Part shown: in pieces, positions 26,501 through 39,827 of the stretch
Numbering within the stretch: the first letter of the stretch is position 1
Layout: each line of letters starts with the position of its first letter
Source: Pocillopora damicornis
Lineage: Eukaryota
Length of the DNA stretch: 64,000 nt
Assembly: GCF_003704095.1 (NCBI RefSeq)
Contig: NW_020847584.1
Span: forward strand, 186,001-250,000
Direction of reading: 5' to 3'
Notes under the pieces: generated by a model
Database searches by the model: none
Told to the model about the DNA's origin: nothing
Seen by the model: the letters and a program-made list of their open reading frames with translations, nothing else
Position numbers and translations under genes: made by a program

Positions 26501-29144
26501 GCCCTCGGCTTTTAAATAAACTCATATTAACTGATCGCGATTCCAAGTCTCCTGTTTACAGTAATATTAAGATAGACTGGGGGAATTGGAACGCGTACTT
26601 GCCAAAGTTAGCATGCAGATGTGCGGAGAAGGCTGCAGACAACAAGTTCACCCATTTTGGCTTACAGTTTTACGGTGAGGAGGTTTAGTCTTGAACAATA
26701 TTATAGACAAATGTTATTTTAACGAAAACTTTGATAGGTGGAGAGGTTGGACCCAAAAAACAAAACTACCGAGAAAGTAAAGGAACCTCCATTGCCCTAC
26801 AGTTTGGCTTGTTAGCTCAGTTGGTAGAGCACTGCACCGGTATCGCAGAGGTCATGGGTTCAAATCCCGTACAGGCCTGAAGTTTTTCAGACTTTATTTT
26901 CACTACCGCTCAAGTAGTGTTCATTACTGCGAAGATCGCCTTCATATTCACGTCTTTGTCCGCAGTTCAAATCCATGATTTTCATATATTCACAATCAAG
27001 TATTATTTAAGTAGCAAGAACTCAGTTGACTAAGGTTATTGATCACCAGAAGTTTTTGGATTTTACCTCCATAAATAATGTGAGCTTCTAATGGTAAACG
27101 ACTTCAGGGAAACTCTAGTTCCTTAAGCATATACTTATAGAATGACACATTCTATATGATAACACTCATGCATGTGAACTTGTTTTACTTCTCCTGCGAG
27201 TGCTCTTGTATATTGCTCAACTGCTCTCGCAATTGAGTTAAATTGCTGTCATTGCCTATGAAATCTGTATAGCAGAACTTGTTCACCTCGAAGTTTGATG
27301 GAGATTGAAATATCCAAGCATTGCTTGAACGTTCATATCAACTTTTCTCTGGGCATATCCTTCTGAACAGGAGAATGTTGGTCAGGTCCAGAGGCCGCTG
27401 AAACATATAACCAACTTGGTCCTGCTTCAGCAGACAGCTGTTTGACCAGCGACTATCAGCCATGCCCTGAGGATCCAAAATCTACAGACATAGAGTGTGT
27501 AGGAAAACTCTTCGTAAACTATGTTTACACCATAATAAAGAGTGAAGGTAATATCGTTACGTGCAGTTTAGCAGGCGTTGCTTTTACAGAAATTACTAAG
27601 CAGACATGCTTCTCGTTTTACCATTTGAACGGAGAAACTCACAATTCCTTTCCACAGAATAAGGTAGATGATTACAGCCAGTTCTTAAAGGAGGATATAA
27701 CAAAATCTCAATGGATGAATTCTTGCCCTAAGTTTGTAGGGCTTTCAGCATTGCATTCTTGAACAGAAAGTCCGCAGTCAGTCAAGTTGATGAATCTTTG
27801 TCGTTTTCGTTAATATATTGACTTAAGGTTTAACCAAGTTACCAATTAGAGTGGATAAATGAATAAATGAGCCCCGTAGAGAATAGGTATCGACGTGGAT
27901 CGTGCTTCAGATGTAAAAAAAAAATATTGGCACTTTTCCAATGAATATACTGAGTTCTATTTAAGATGTCGAAGGACTGTGATTACCAGGTAGCATGCAG
28001 ACAAACGAGTGACCCACAACAAATGAACGATGGAATTTATCCTTACTCTTGATCTGAATAAGATAAGTGGCCCATGCTATGGTCTCAGCTGGTTGCTTCT
28101 CATAACTCAGCAAGTACGTGCTCGAAAATCAGTCAAGCTGTCGTTACCTTATCTCAGTCTATTGATAACTATTTTCATTTGGTTTAATTTGCAGCGTTTT
28201 ATTAAAACCATCCATTAACCACTTTGTGACTTCTTAGGAATATGTCATACCACTCTGGTTTTTGGGCTTTTTCAGATGCACGTTGTTCAGTTCCTTTTAA
28301 ACCTGTTGGCTGCTTTAAGGATAATCAGAAGAAGAATGCTCGACCACTCGGTGAACTGCTTCTTACATATCGCGACCGAAAAAGTGCCAAAAATAACGGA
28401 ACTGAAATTAATTGGGGAGAATGGGACGTTTACTTGTATGAGTTGGTGTGTCTCTGTGCCCAGAAGGCAAAGGAAAAGAAATACTCCCACTTTGGGTTGC
28501 AGCATTACGGTAGGCGAACACGTGCGACAGAACACACTTGCACAATAAAATCACTGATACGGGTTTTTTTTTTCAAGCCCTAATTTTGCTTGACAAGACA
28601 TTGTAACGTAGAGGAAGGTAGCTGAAAAGTTACCGTCCAATTTGTAAACATTGTAACTAGTGACTCTGGATAGCTTCGTATAGTTAATTCATAAAGTCGG
28701 AATTCAGATATCATCTTAAAACTTCATATAAATGTTTGTTTCCTTAAACCTAAACACCAAAACTTTTAAGATCGCATCGTTTATTCATCTAAAACATGTA
28801 TATTTCCATCAGTTATAGAACAAAATTCCACGTGACGTTCTATTCTCGCTGGATCCCCTGAATCCCAAAAACCGACAAAAAATTAATCCTATTACGCTCT
28901 CTATTTCCCACAAAATATATTCTCTGCCAGGACCCGAAGTACCGGCTACTGTTTGATTCAAAGCAATTTTTATTGTTCCTAAGGTGAGTGCTGGTCGGGG
29001 CCTGAAGCAGGCGAAACATTCAGCAAGGATGGACCTTCAGAGGCAGATAAATGCATTGGTCGAGGATTTAAAACATGTAACGCCTTGGTTGATGACATCT
29101 GTGTGGGAAGGGAAAAGACTAACTTTGTCTTCTCTCTTTACTAG
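23510..29144 (+). CDS. Gene A: predicted secreted protein, VWA + Pro linker + three 8-Cys WSC-like domains (5' exon(s) unresolved)
   Basis: Exons 23510-24091 (whole VWA: LDIIIALDASGS, GITRT, LLILTDG, VIAVGVG), 24373-24432, 25095-25319 + 25627-25785, 26438-26674 + 27371-27547, 28276-28509 + 28984-29144 (TAG). All introns are phase 1. One candidate signal exon is MKIIMRTALLVMFC at ~21954-21996, not confirmed. Confidence 0.85.
26116..26450 (+). repeat. Tandem duplication (period ~166 bp) including TGTC/TATG microsatellites and a splice acceptor
   Basis: ATGTCTTACCTCAGTGGGAGG at 26211 and 26377; GAAGAGGCTGA at 26268 and 26434. Confidence 0.9.
26806..26995 (+). mobile_element. tRNA-derived SINE with a tRNA-like head (GGT at the anticodon position), in an intron of gene A
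   Basis: 26806-26878 folds as a cloverleaf (GGCTTGT/ACAGGCC, GCTC/GAGC, CTGCA/CGCAG, ATGGG/CCCGT). It has an A box TAGCTCAGTTGG and a B box GGTTCAAATCC. C at position 33 and an A-C mismatch argue against a functional tRNA. The ~120-bp body that follows resembles, from recall, an abundant coral repeat. Confidence 0.7.
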
Positions 29145-29431
29145 TACGAAGAAAATAAAAAAGTACAGCAATCAACAGGCTAATTTAAAGTGTCAAGTGG
29201 TTTATGTTGGATATGGCTGGAACCAGAGAATACAAACAACTTAATTGCTCTTACTTTTCGGAAATTCAAAACGGTCCGATTTATCTGGCAAATTAAAACC
29301 TTACGAGGCAGTCCGATTCTTGCATCCACCAGCTTTCTTTTGTCATAGACAATTAGAGGTCAGATAAATTGCGTGTGAATTGACTGACGATATTAAAATC
29401 TTTACCGAGTGTGAATTGCCTTAGGATCGTC

Positions 29432-29568
29432 GGATCAATATCAGTATCTGGGCAACTGCCCACCTACCCCTCCCCTAACCCAACATTAACCTTAACTTGT
29501 TGTCAATTGACTGTTGTTGAGTTAGGGGAGGGGTAGGTGGGCAGTTGCCCAGATACTGATATTGATCC
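29432..29568. mobile_element. MITE (137 bp) with 48-bp perfect terminal inverted repeats and an 8-bp target-site duplication
   Basis: TIR GGATCAATATCAGTATCTGGGCAACTGCCCACCTACCCCTCCCCTAAC and its exact reverse complement. The direct repeat GGATCGTC lies at 29424-29431 and 29569-29576. Confidence 0.9.
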
Positions 29569-30839
29569 GGATCGTCTCTCAAAGCCATTTTACCTCTTAA
29601 ACCCGTCCTCTCCCCCCCCCTCAAAAAAAAAAGAAAACAAAACAAAATCTTCTCCTTGACTCAAATAACAAATAACCATAGTTGTTTCTGATGCTTAAAG
29701 ATTAATAAACCCTAGCAAAGTCAAATCAACAGCAGCGTGATATTTCCTCATTTTACGATATGAATAAAGGACCTCTCTAGGAAATAATGCAGCGGTCATT
29801 TTTTATCCGGGCACCGCCATTTGGATCGTGTGGCGTTTCATAGTTTCCACTATTGACTATAAGTTCCTTTTGGGAATGCTGCAAACAGAGGACTCGAACA
29901 TCAGCCTATAATGATCAAAAAAATGCTCGCTGAAAGCCTCTTTTTGAAGCTCTTGAAATGCTTTATTTCTGATAAGACTGAACAAATCAACCTTGAAAAA
30001 AAACACATCGCAAAAAGCCTTAAAACATAAAATCTATATCATTCTCCTTACTTCATTCATCTTGATGAAAAGGAATCGCTCGAAAAAGGAACCGTTTGAG
30101 GCCGCTTTATTCCGCTATTGTTCTCAAGAACTCTCATTTCGTCACCTTGACCAAACCGAACGAAACCAAATTCAAACTACACGCGCTCGGTGGCCGCCGA
30201 AGCGAGTTTCCTAAAGAGACTTCTGAGCCTACAAGCCAAAATATATAGCCGGATTACCCATTTTGGAAGTGGAAAGGCATGCTGGCTTTTTCGGGGTATG
30301 CAGTTTCTTTATCTTAATAGACTTTGGACATTTCTTTGCATGACCGAGCTATAATGCCGTCTTAATCTGACGTAAGTCTTGGATCTGTCAGACAATCTTA
30401 CCTTATCGAAGTCGAACGGGTCACGCCCCGTGAAGAAAAAAGTTTCCATTACCTTAATACGAGTCAAAATGGTTGTTTTCAACGCCATAGTGACAAAACT
30501 GTTACCCACGTCGGGATTACTCTCTGAATAACATGATTCTAAACAGGGTGCTTTTTGTTATGTCTAGTAAAATATTGTATCTTTCTGTCTCTTTTGGATT
30601 TGACCGAGACTCGCTGTTATCGAGAGAAAATGATAAAACACTATTTTCTATTGCTATTACTTAATATTTCGCCTCACCCTCATGCACTCACTACGGCGAG
30701 TCTATCAAACGATTTAATGATTGGTCGGGATTTTTCCTTACGGACCGTTTCCACGGAAACGGTCATAAACCGTGTATTTTTGTTTCCTAAAGCCGGCAAA
30801 TTCAAATTAATCAAGTTTGGTCCGAGTGCCATATGATAA

Positions 30840-30992
30840 ACTACTTAGTCACCTCGCTTGCTCTACTGGGTCTTATTGGGGATGATTGGCCCTCCGTCGT
30901 TTTTGCACGGACCCCGCTGCACTCGGTCCCGACTGCCACGACCTTGGGCCAACATTCCCCACTGCGGCCCTTGCGCTCGCTCAGTAAGAAGT
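30840..30992. repeat. Imperfect palindromic MITE-like repeat
   Basis: GC-rich island with nested inverted repeats (TGGGGATGATTGGCCC / GGGCCAACATTCCCCA; GGACC / GGTCC; CTTAGT-like / AGTAAG ends). Confidence 0.45.
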
Positions 30993-31392
30993 AAATTTGG
31001 TACAAAAAGATGTATAAAGAAAGGTTGATTAAACTGTAACAGACAGGTTAGCCGGTCACGAGTACCCTCCTCCGGTAGTTTTGTTCGGTTGTATCAGAAG
31101 TCCGGTTGTATGTTGTTATGTAACCGAATTTGTACTTTCAGACTGCCGACAATCTACCCGGTATAAACGGCGCTAAATAATCTTTAGCCGGACTAAATTT
31201 TGTGTTCATTAAACAGAACGGAAAATTTCAGGCAGCGTTCGTTGGACGCACTATGATAGGTTATGTGCCTATGGGCAAAAATATGTTTACGTAATATTTG
31301 AGAAATTCACTGGTCCATGACAAACTGACAGTTGGAAAACATCAGTTCAATTTATGAAATCTCCTGAATGGCAATATTGAAGTATGTCTAAT

Positions 31393-34300
31393 ATGAATGC
31401 ATCATTTTTTCTGGCCTTTTTATTTACATATCTATCAATATCAGGAAAGTCTGACGCTGATTTCCGTAAAGGTATGTTTTGATAATTAACGAAAGAGAAG
31501 GTTTGTGCTTTCTCGCTTTACATGCACTGGACACCCCCTCCCTGAAATGAATAACAGAAAATGAATAACAGAATGTCTCTGGCTACACTGACACAATAAC
31601 AATTTCTCTTCTATTAATAATTTGGGGGAAAATGTTTCCATAAGCTTGGTTTCTTCATCTCTATTTATGGTGATTAATGTTCATTCCACTTCAAGCTAAC
31701 ATTGTTGATTTCGATGGACTTATATATAGATTCATTTCTATTGTCCCTCTGGAAAATATTGTTTTGAAATCATGCAAAGTAAGAGTTAAAAGAGTCACTA
31801 TTGAAGTTCATAAATGGGGAATAACTATAATTTATCATCTCGCTCACTCTGTTTTAGATTGCGTGTGGAAGATAATTTGATATTCTTGTCAGCAGAAATG
31901 CGTTAACTATTCATAAATTTGATAAAATCTGTCACCATTTTTGAACAAGCGTAGGAGTTGTAAAGAGAAAGAAGAATGAGACGTAATCAAAGAGAGATCT
32001 GTAGTAAATTGACAAATCCTGCAAGTTAGTAGGTTCCACAGTTTTTGCAACCCTTTGTCGTTGTCAGACAGCCTTGATACTTGTTTATTCGCAGCTCGGT
32101 AACTTTAGATTGCAGGTGTTAAGATTGTTGGTTGTCCCTTAATATGCCAAACCGCAGGGCATAAAGATTTAGCTTAATCAAGGAGAAGTCACCATTTGAG
32201 GCCGTGAAACGTATGGGTTTATATGCAAATACTAGTTATGGTGAACTTTACATGTTTAAAAAAATGGTCTCGAATAACAAAGATCATTCTTCGACTTTTT
32301 TCCTTGATGTAGACTCTCGTCAATAAAACTATTCCACCCCGCTGATTGTGGCCATGGCAAATTGCTTTTATGTGACTGGTTCTTCGTAACCTTTTAGTGC
32401 AGGTTGACCGACTTTTGCGGGCCGAAAGAGTTTGATTGAACCCTTCTGATTACACAATTATAGACCATATATATTACACTCGGGAGGACGAGTTGTCTCG
32501 CCTTAACTGGTAAAGTAACCCTGTCAGGCGGGACAACTTATTCTTATCCAAGCACCTCAGCTCACCTTCCTGACCCGAGGCTCAGGCAATGAGTATTTCT
32601 TTTTGGGTAAAAAGTAGCGCCAGGAAAATATTAACAACCATCGATAATACTTCGGTCAGACGTGGAAGCAAAAACTCAATACTGATTGTTAATCCTTTCC
32701 TTCGGTCTGCCATTTTGTACAAAATGTAACCTGCCTATCTGTCACGATAGTGACAGATTGGCAGGTTTCATTTTCACCCCACCGCTGGTGAGGGGACAGC
32801 TGTTATAACTCACAACCCTATATCAAAGCTCCGTTAAGTTGTCTCGAGGAGGAGCCTGGTTGCCTCGTGCACCTGAGACCATACAGTAGGGTTTAGCCGT
32901 CTTCTGCATCCTAAACTATAAACTAAGTTATGTTGTAACAAGCTTCCTGCATGTTGTTAGGATCAGCAATGTTAAATGCGTCGTTCAGAAAATAAGATAA
33001 GAAAGATGGTTGAGTTTGAGCTCGTTCATGAAATGAACTTTCCTTTCCATTTCATGAGCGCACTCAAAATTTACCGTCTTTCATATCACGCATGTTTAAT
33101 TCTCAACGTTAGTAGAGGCAATGATTCAATCAATGTGAGAAGGGAAGTGAGGATGGAAAATCACTAATATTTATGAATTTTCACCATTACCGAAGCACTA
33201 AATCTAATGAGACTTTTCATTTATTTTTTAAAGAAAACCCAGCAAATTCTTCCTCTCTACCCATGTCTGTTTCGTGGTCGGAACCTATGTGGAACCAATT
33301 TAATGCATACCAAAAGACTGGTACCGGAATACCTGCTCCACCAACGACTCACAGCACTCCTCAAACTTTACCAGCACTGCAACTCAGAGGACAAGGAGCA
33401 CCAGTAGCTGAACCTGTATCACTGCCTCGACGATATTCTGTGTGCCCTATGCCTACATGCAGCTTTCCATCTATTTGCGTTAAAGTAGCAGTTTATGCGA
33501 CTTGTGTTCCTCCTCCTAATCCATCAGCATCCACCAACAATTCATNNNNNNNNNNNNNNNNNNNNNNNNNNNNNNNNNNNNNNNNNNNNNNNNNNNNNNN
33601 NNNNNNNNNNNNNNNNNNNNNNNNNNNNNNNNNNNNNNNNNNNNNAACTAAAACACTTACGGCAACCTCCACGAGTGTGGTGACCACTTGTAGCGCTAGT
33701 TGCTTAACTGTGGGTAAGTGTACGTTTTTCCGAGACGGAGTGGTGGAGAGGTTAATACAGATTGGCCATGGTTTGATATTTTCTCTTAAGAAAAGAATGG
33801 CAAGGACACCTACGGATTTCGCTGTAGAGCTTTTAATTTTTGCTCAGATAATTTTAGCTGTATGTAATACAATTTAATCTTTCTGGGTATTTTTGGTCCT
33901 TACCAATTTTCCCCTCGAAGAGCTCGCGTCATATCGGCCACAAGCTCCAGCCATGTAATATGAATACAACAGTCAAACGTCTGCGCATGCGAACGTTGTC
34001 ACTACTAGGTGGCGTGCTTTCAGGCTGCCAGTACCAAATTTATCTCACACGAGTTACAAAAACCACACAAGCTAGAAAGTCACGGTTTTAGAACCGCAAG
34101 AACTTTATTGATGTAGTCCAAAACGGAAAGGTGAATCAGCCGGATACCCGTGCTTGAATGAGCTTTGTGTTCAAAAAGTTACAGCAGTTTTGACACAAAC
34201 GAGTTTCCTTTTCCCTAATTTATTTTCCTTTTAACAAATTTCTATAAAAGTCTTTTTGGCTCACAAGGCGAAACAGCAGTTATTTCTATGAAATAGTACT

Positions 34301-37300
34301 GTTTTCCTACTGTTTTCCTTTGCAATAATTCGCTGGAAACTGGTGCGTTTCCGGCTGTAAGGATCCCCTTGCGCATGCTCGACGTTGGGCCGCTGTGTTT
34401 ATAATGCGTCACGATAGGATCATAATTTGACACTGTAGAGATATTGCTTTCTGAGAACCTCACGTTGGAATTTTTTTTCTCCTGCTTTGAAGCCAAAGAG
34501 CTATTTTCTTTCCGGTTCGTACTTTTTTTTTATAAATGGTACTTGAGCAAAAAACTTTTCTTTTTTCATTTGCAGTACCTACTACCACTCCTTTGCCACC
34601 TACACCACCTACACCAAAACCACCAGGTAAGTTCAATGCCTAAGTACGAGGGAAAGGAATGTTAGCTAATTGGCCAAATTTTTTTTGATTCTGAACGAAT
34701 TGGTGGGAAACCTCAGACTTGGAAGGTTTATTCACGTTTATTCCTGTTTTATTTGTCTACAGTTTGCGAACAAGCGCTGGATATCGGTGTAATCATTGAT
34801 GCTTCTGAGAGTGTCAAACTACCTAATTACAAGCTCTGTCTACAGTTTGTAGCTAACTTGACAGAACACTTTAAAGTGTCACAGAAGGGAACTCATTTTG
34901 GAAGTATAGTTTACAGCAGTGATGCTGAACTGCAATTCAGCTTTAAAGACATTCAATATCACGACGCCGAAAGTCTAAAGAAAAAGATAAAGAGTTTTCC
35001 TTACTTGAGAGAGGGAACAAGAACCGATATAGCACTTGAACTTGCGAACACCCTACTGTTTTCTGTGCAAGGAGGAGATCGGTTTGACAAGCCTGATGTC
35101 CTCATTGTTATCACAGATGGGTTAACGGATCCTGAAAGGAGTAAACCATACCCAGTGGTCTTAAAACCTCTTGAGGTAAGTATTGGTACATTTTAAGCAT
35201 TGTAGTACGACGTATCTGCTACGTGGAAGCACACTGAAGGGTGAGGGCTCAGTTCTTGATCGCAAGAGGAGGGGCCCCCATTTTGTATTCTTGAACCACT
35301 AAGGAAAAAAACTTGACTTCGAACGCAGAGTTGGCCGATAGGCACTGAGTAAAAGGGAGTTGTTACGTTACCTCTACCCTTTGTTATCAAATATAGTGCT
35401 GATTAATGATGTGGAACAAAGTACGAAAGAGAAAGATGAATATTTCTTTTATGATTGTATTAGCTGTAATTCAACAGTTGTGTATAATCTAAACAAGGGC
35501 AAGGTACCCATTACATGGTCATGCTGGTACTTCTCTTTCGAGCGTCCAAGTCTGTTGACATTAACATATCCATCACATAACGTTTAATTACCCTTTGTAC
35601 AATTGATATGTTTCTTTCTACTTCGTGTTAACCACTGTCCCCATGTAGTTCATTTTTACCACACGCCTGGCCCTTTTTTTTTAGTGGTGTAAATTCCCTT
35701 CTTTCGCTTGCATAAGATCACAATGAAAAAAATTTTTGTAACTATTTGTCACTCAAATAGTGTGTTTACTTAGTGTTCTCCTCAGCTAGGGCAAATGTTT
35801 AATCTAGGCCAAATTTGTCAAAATGCTAATGCAAAATTTAAGAAATTCAGCTTATCAAAGCCGAATTGATCAATACGATATTTCTTGTCGCATCTGTGGA
35901 ATAGGCACCTTTTACTAGTTCGTAGTGTGAGTAACGGACCGAGTTATTTACCCATTTGATGTCAGCGCTGAGCGCGAGCGGGAGGACAAAAAGAGATTCT
36001 GAGTTAAAACTGCCTCAGGTATTCAGGGACGTGCTGGTAAATCTAGCTACCGAAATTATCATGAAGTCGTATTTAAAACTAAGATAAAATAGTTACTCAA
36101 AGTTTCAACATACAAATTGACTTATAATCCAAATTGTTCGTATTCTTTTGGTATTTTCGTTCATCAAGGACAAATTGGAAGCCATGTATCTCCAGCCAGA
36201 ACACCATAAATTTGTTCTTTGGCATTTCTTGAAATTGCTGAACAGTAAAGATTCACTCACCAGGGTTGGATACACTGCATATTTCTTGATATGCAATAAT
36301 ATTCTCTCACTGAAGGGAAGAAAACCAGCATTGCGTCGCTTCATAGGATTGGGAGTTACAAAGATTACCCTCTCTATTTCAATGTTTTATTATTCAATCA
36401 TAAGGTATCGTAAGGACATGTTCAATTTCTGATCATGTGACAGGATAAGAAGGTTGTGGTGATTGCAGTTGGAGTTGGAAAGGAAGTAAATAAACCCGAA
36501 TTGACGTCTATAGCTATGGGTGATGTTAATCACGTTTTTATGGTCGATCAATACACAGATCTGGTCAAAATCATAAATGCTCTTCTCGACAAATCGTGCT
36601 CTGGTAAGTTTTTTCGATTAAAAAGAAAATAAACCATAGATGTTTTAAGAATTTTAAGATCACATAAGCTTAAAACAACCACACAATGTATGTTTAATTC
36701 TTCACGAAACTAGAATCTTGCCGAAATATTTATACCGGGTCGAAACAGCTCTAAAAGCTACTTTGGCTAGATTCCACACAATCTTGCATAACTCGAGAGA
36801 ATCCCGTGGAATCAACGTTGGCATCTAATTTGTGGTTATTTATTTCTTAAAAATCAGTGATGATAGAAAGAACTGGTAAACAGAGACATGCCTTGAAAAA
36901 AACTGAGAACTGTTGGTTATATTCTTGCAGTCTTCGCCTGCTATATTATCAAAGATTTTTTGGAAATTGTCATTGGGAAAGACCATATCATTTTCTTCCT
37001 CTTCTTTTCAAGTCTACTTCATGTTTAATGAGAGGGTGAAGTAATTTTTATTTGACCCACAGCTGCGACACAACCGAAAATGGTACCGTCAAAGGCTGTT
37101 GCACTTGTCAAGAATCAAGAACACTATGATGGTAGGCATGCCGACTGTAGTAAAGGTCTTGTTTCACACCTAATTCTAAATAACCGGGTTCGCATGCTTT
37201 TGTTCAAAGCAAAGCAATCATCTAGGAGAAAAACCAAAAGGAACCATAATCTTGTTAGTGTTTGATTTTGCATGTCTCACATCAATGTTTAACTCTTGCT

Positions 37301-39827
37301 CTGAATAGCCGGTTTTTTCCTCTGCCAGCTGAAGAAGTTCAGAATTGAACGAGATATGTTGGTTAGCTATCCACCAATCAGTTAAGAATGTACTTTCCGT
37401 CTCTTTCCATTTTTAGGTGAGTGTCCTGTGCAATTCATCAAAAAAGGTTGTTTCAACGCAATAAAAAGTCAAAAGCCTTTGCCGAGATTGATGTTCACAG
37501 ACCTCGACGCCAGAGACTCTAAATTCAGTGGTGTTCCAATAGACTGGGGAAGCTGGAACAGTTATCTGCAGAACGTGGTTTGCCGATGTGCTCAGGTTTC
37601 AAAAGCAGAAGGATTCTATTACTTCGGGGTTAAAAACTTTGGTAGGTTTAAGTCCAAAAAGACTCTTTTTAGTATCCTCGGCCTTTGTTTTCATCAAGGA
37701 AATCTCTATTCGAGTAACTGCCCTGAACAAGACTCTAGGAAAGAACATTATTATAGACGGGAATGAATTATCAGGGCAGGAAAAATATCGAAGAAACAAA
37801 GAACTTTGAGCAGCCGCGAATGAAGAGTAAAAAGGACGAACGATCGTAATATGGAACGGCGCACAGATGTGATATGAAACGAACAAAGGGTGAACGAACA
37901 GTGACAGATTTGTTGCAATGTAATATGGGACGGCGCACAGATGTGATATGAAACGAACAAAGGGTGAACAAACAGTGAGAGATTTGTTGCAATGCTAGAT
38001 ACTGGACTGAGAAAAATTGCTCGAGGGCGACCAAAAAACTGTCCATATATGAATGATCTTACAGTCCTTACAGTTAATCCTTTGCACCTTGGAATACAGC
38101 CATGAAAAAGTGTTTTAATAGCAGTGGCTGGCTATTAGACCTACCTGTATCCTTTTTGTTTAATTTCCTCAACAAAGTCGCTGCGTATACAGCTTTTCCG
38201 TGGTAATTAGAGGACTCAGTTCTTTTAGTTTCAAAAAGCCCGGCCTGTCGAAAATAAACTTTAACTCTGCAACACTTTATTCAATTTGAAATTTCCTTTT
38301 ATGTGACTGGCTTCATTTTGAGTCCTTATTAAGGTATTGTATGCTTAGCCTTTCTATTTTGTAACGTAAAGTACGTTTCCCAACCTTAGTCTACTAATGG
38401 AAAGTCACTTTTAAAGCTAAACTGGCTAACCGTCAATTCTTAGAATTAATCCTCAACTTAATTTCTACAAATTTTTTTTTATTCTGACTGAAAGTTTACG
38501 AGAGAATTCTTTTGATACCCAGGTGAATGTTGGTCTGGAGAAAATTTAGACATAACTTATAGCAAAGACGATTCGTCTGAATTCTGCATCTCGAAGGAAT
38601 TCGCTGAGTGTGATACGAACGACAGGAATGTTTGCGGCGGAAACGCGACTACCACATATATTTACAGGATGCCTAAAGAAAGTGAGGCCAAGCAAGGTAA
38701 ATGTGCAACACATCGCATTTTTACGACAAACATTAAAGATATTCCGTTTCTTGAACTGAGTTACCCCTGAGATCTAAGCAAAGTAAACAATATGTAATGC
38801 TTGATTCTGAACCAATTGGAAATTGGAGTGGTAAACAAGAGCTGAACAACGATGTGAGACAAAGGTAAAATGGGTGATTTTAGACGCCATCGGGTAGATT
38901 TGATTGCGAAGGAGTTGGGCAGCTATTGATACGAACACACTCGACAATGTTTTCTACTAATACCGGCAGTTTAGCCTTTCAACTTAGTTTTCGGGTCACA
39001 TTCACCAAAACTTGAATTTCCTGAGAAAAGTTTCGGAAATGGTGTAGGAATGGTGCGAAATGAATGAAATGGTGCGGAATGGTGTTAGGGCGTATGCCAA
39101 TTTATTTGATGGCCTGAAGCATCAATGTGGGGACATTTCACCCCAATAGTAGACTAAAAACAAAAGCCTGAGTGCAATAGGTTGCTCCAATTGTGCACAG
39201 ATAAATTTCTTTTAGATTCGAGCAGATTCTATAAATTTTTATAAAATTTCGAAAAGCGAATTCTAAAGAATTAAATCTCATGTTCTCAGGGAAACGTTGC
39301 TTCACAAAGTTCAAGAATGTCGGCTGTTTTGCTGACATGCAAACCTCTTCCAGGCCTATACCAGAGCTTATTTTTACTGACTTGGATGAGAGCTCAACCA
39401 AATACAGCGGCCATAAAGCGCAACTAGGAGAACTCGACACTTACTTGAGTGACCTACTTTGTCGGTGTGCTGAACTTACTCAGGAGCTTGGGTACGAATA
39501 CTTTGGATTGCAAAATCACGGTGAGACAAACAACATTAATGTGCACTCAGTTGCAAGCTTAAGTGTTTATTCAAAATATTTAATAATCAATCAAATGAAA
39601 CATATAACCGGTGGCTTTTTGACGTATTTATTGTATTGTTTAAATACTTTTTAGGTGAGTGTTACTCGGGACCAAGTGTTCAGCATACCTACAGCAAGGA
39701 TGGTTCATCAAAAAAATGCATCACAAGAAATTTCAAACAATGCCCAGCAGGAAAAAAGTACGAAAATCGAGACGGCCAGGACTACTGCGTTGGCGCGCAA
39801 GGCGCTAATTATGTTTATCGTGTCTAG
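31393..39827 (+). CDS. Gene B: predicted secreted protein, signal peptide + Pro/Thr/Cys-rich region + VWA + two 8-Cys WSC-like domains
   Basis: Signal exon 31393-31471 (MNASFFLAFLFTYLSISGKSDA...), 33234-33713 (interrupted by an N gap), 34576-34626, VWA 34763-35175 + 36444-36603 (DASES, GTRT, ITDG), 37063-37131, 37417-37641 + 38523-38696, 39290-39520 + 39655-39827 (TAG). Content of the gap at 33546-33645 is unknown. Confidence 0.8.
37846..37995 (+). repeat. 74-bp tandem duplication in an intron of gene B
   Basis: GGCGCACAGATGTGATATGAAACGAACAAAGGGTGAAC at 37858 and 37932. Confidence 0.9.

Noticed and set aside
26806-26878. Functional tRNA-Thr(GGT) gene
   Set aside because: C33, an anticodon-stem mismatch, an anticodon atypical for eukaryotes and a following repeat-like body indicate a SINE head.
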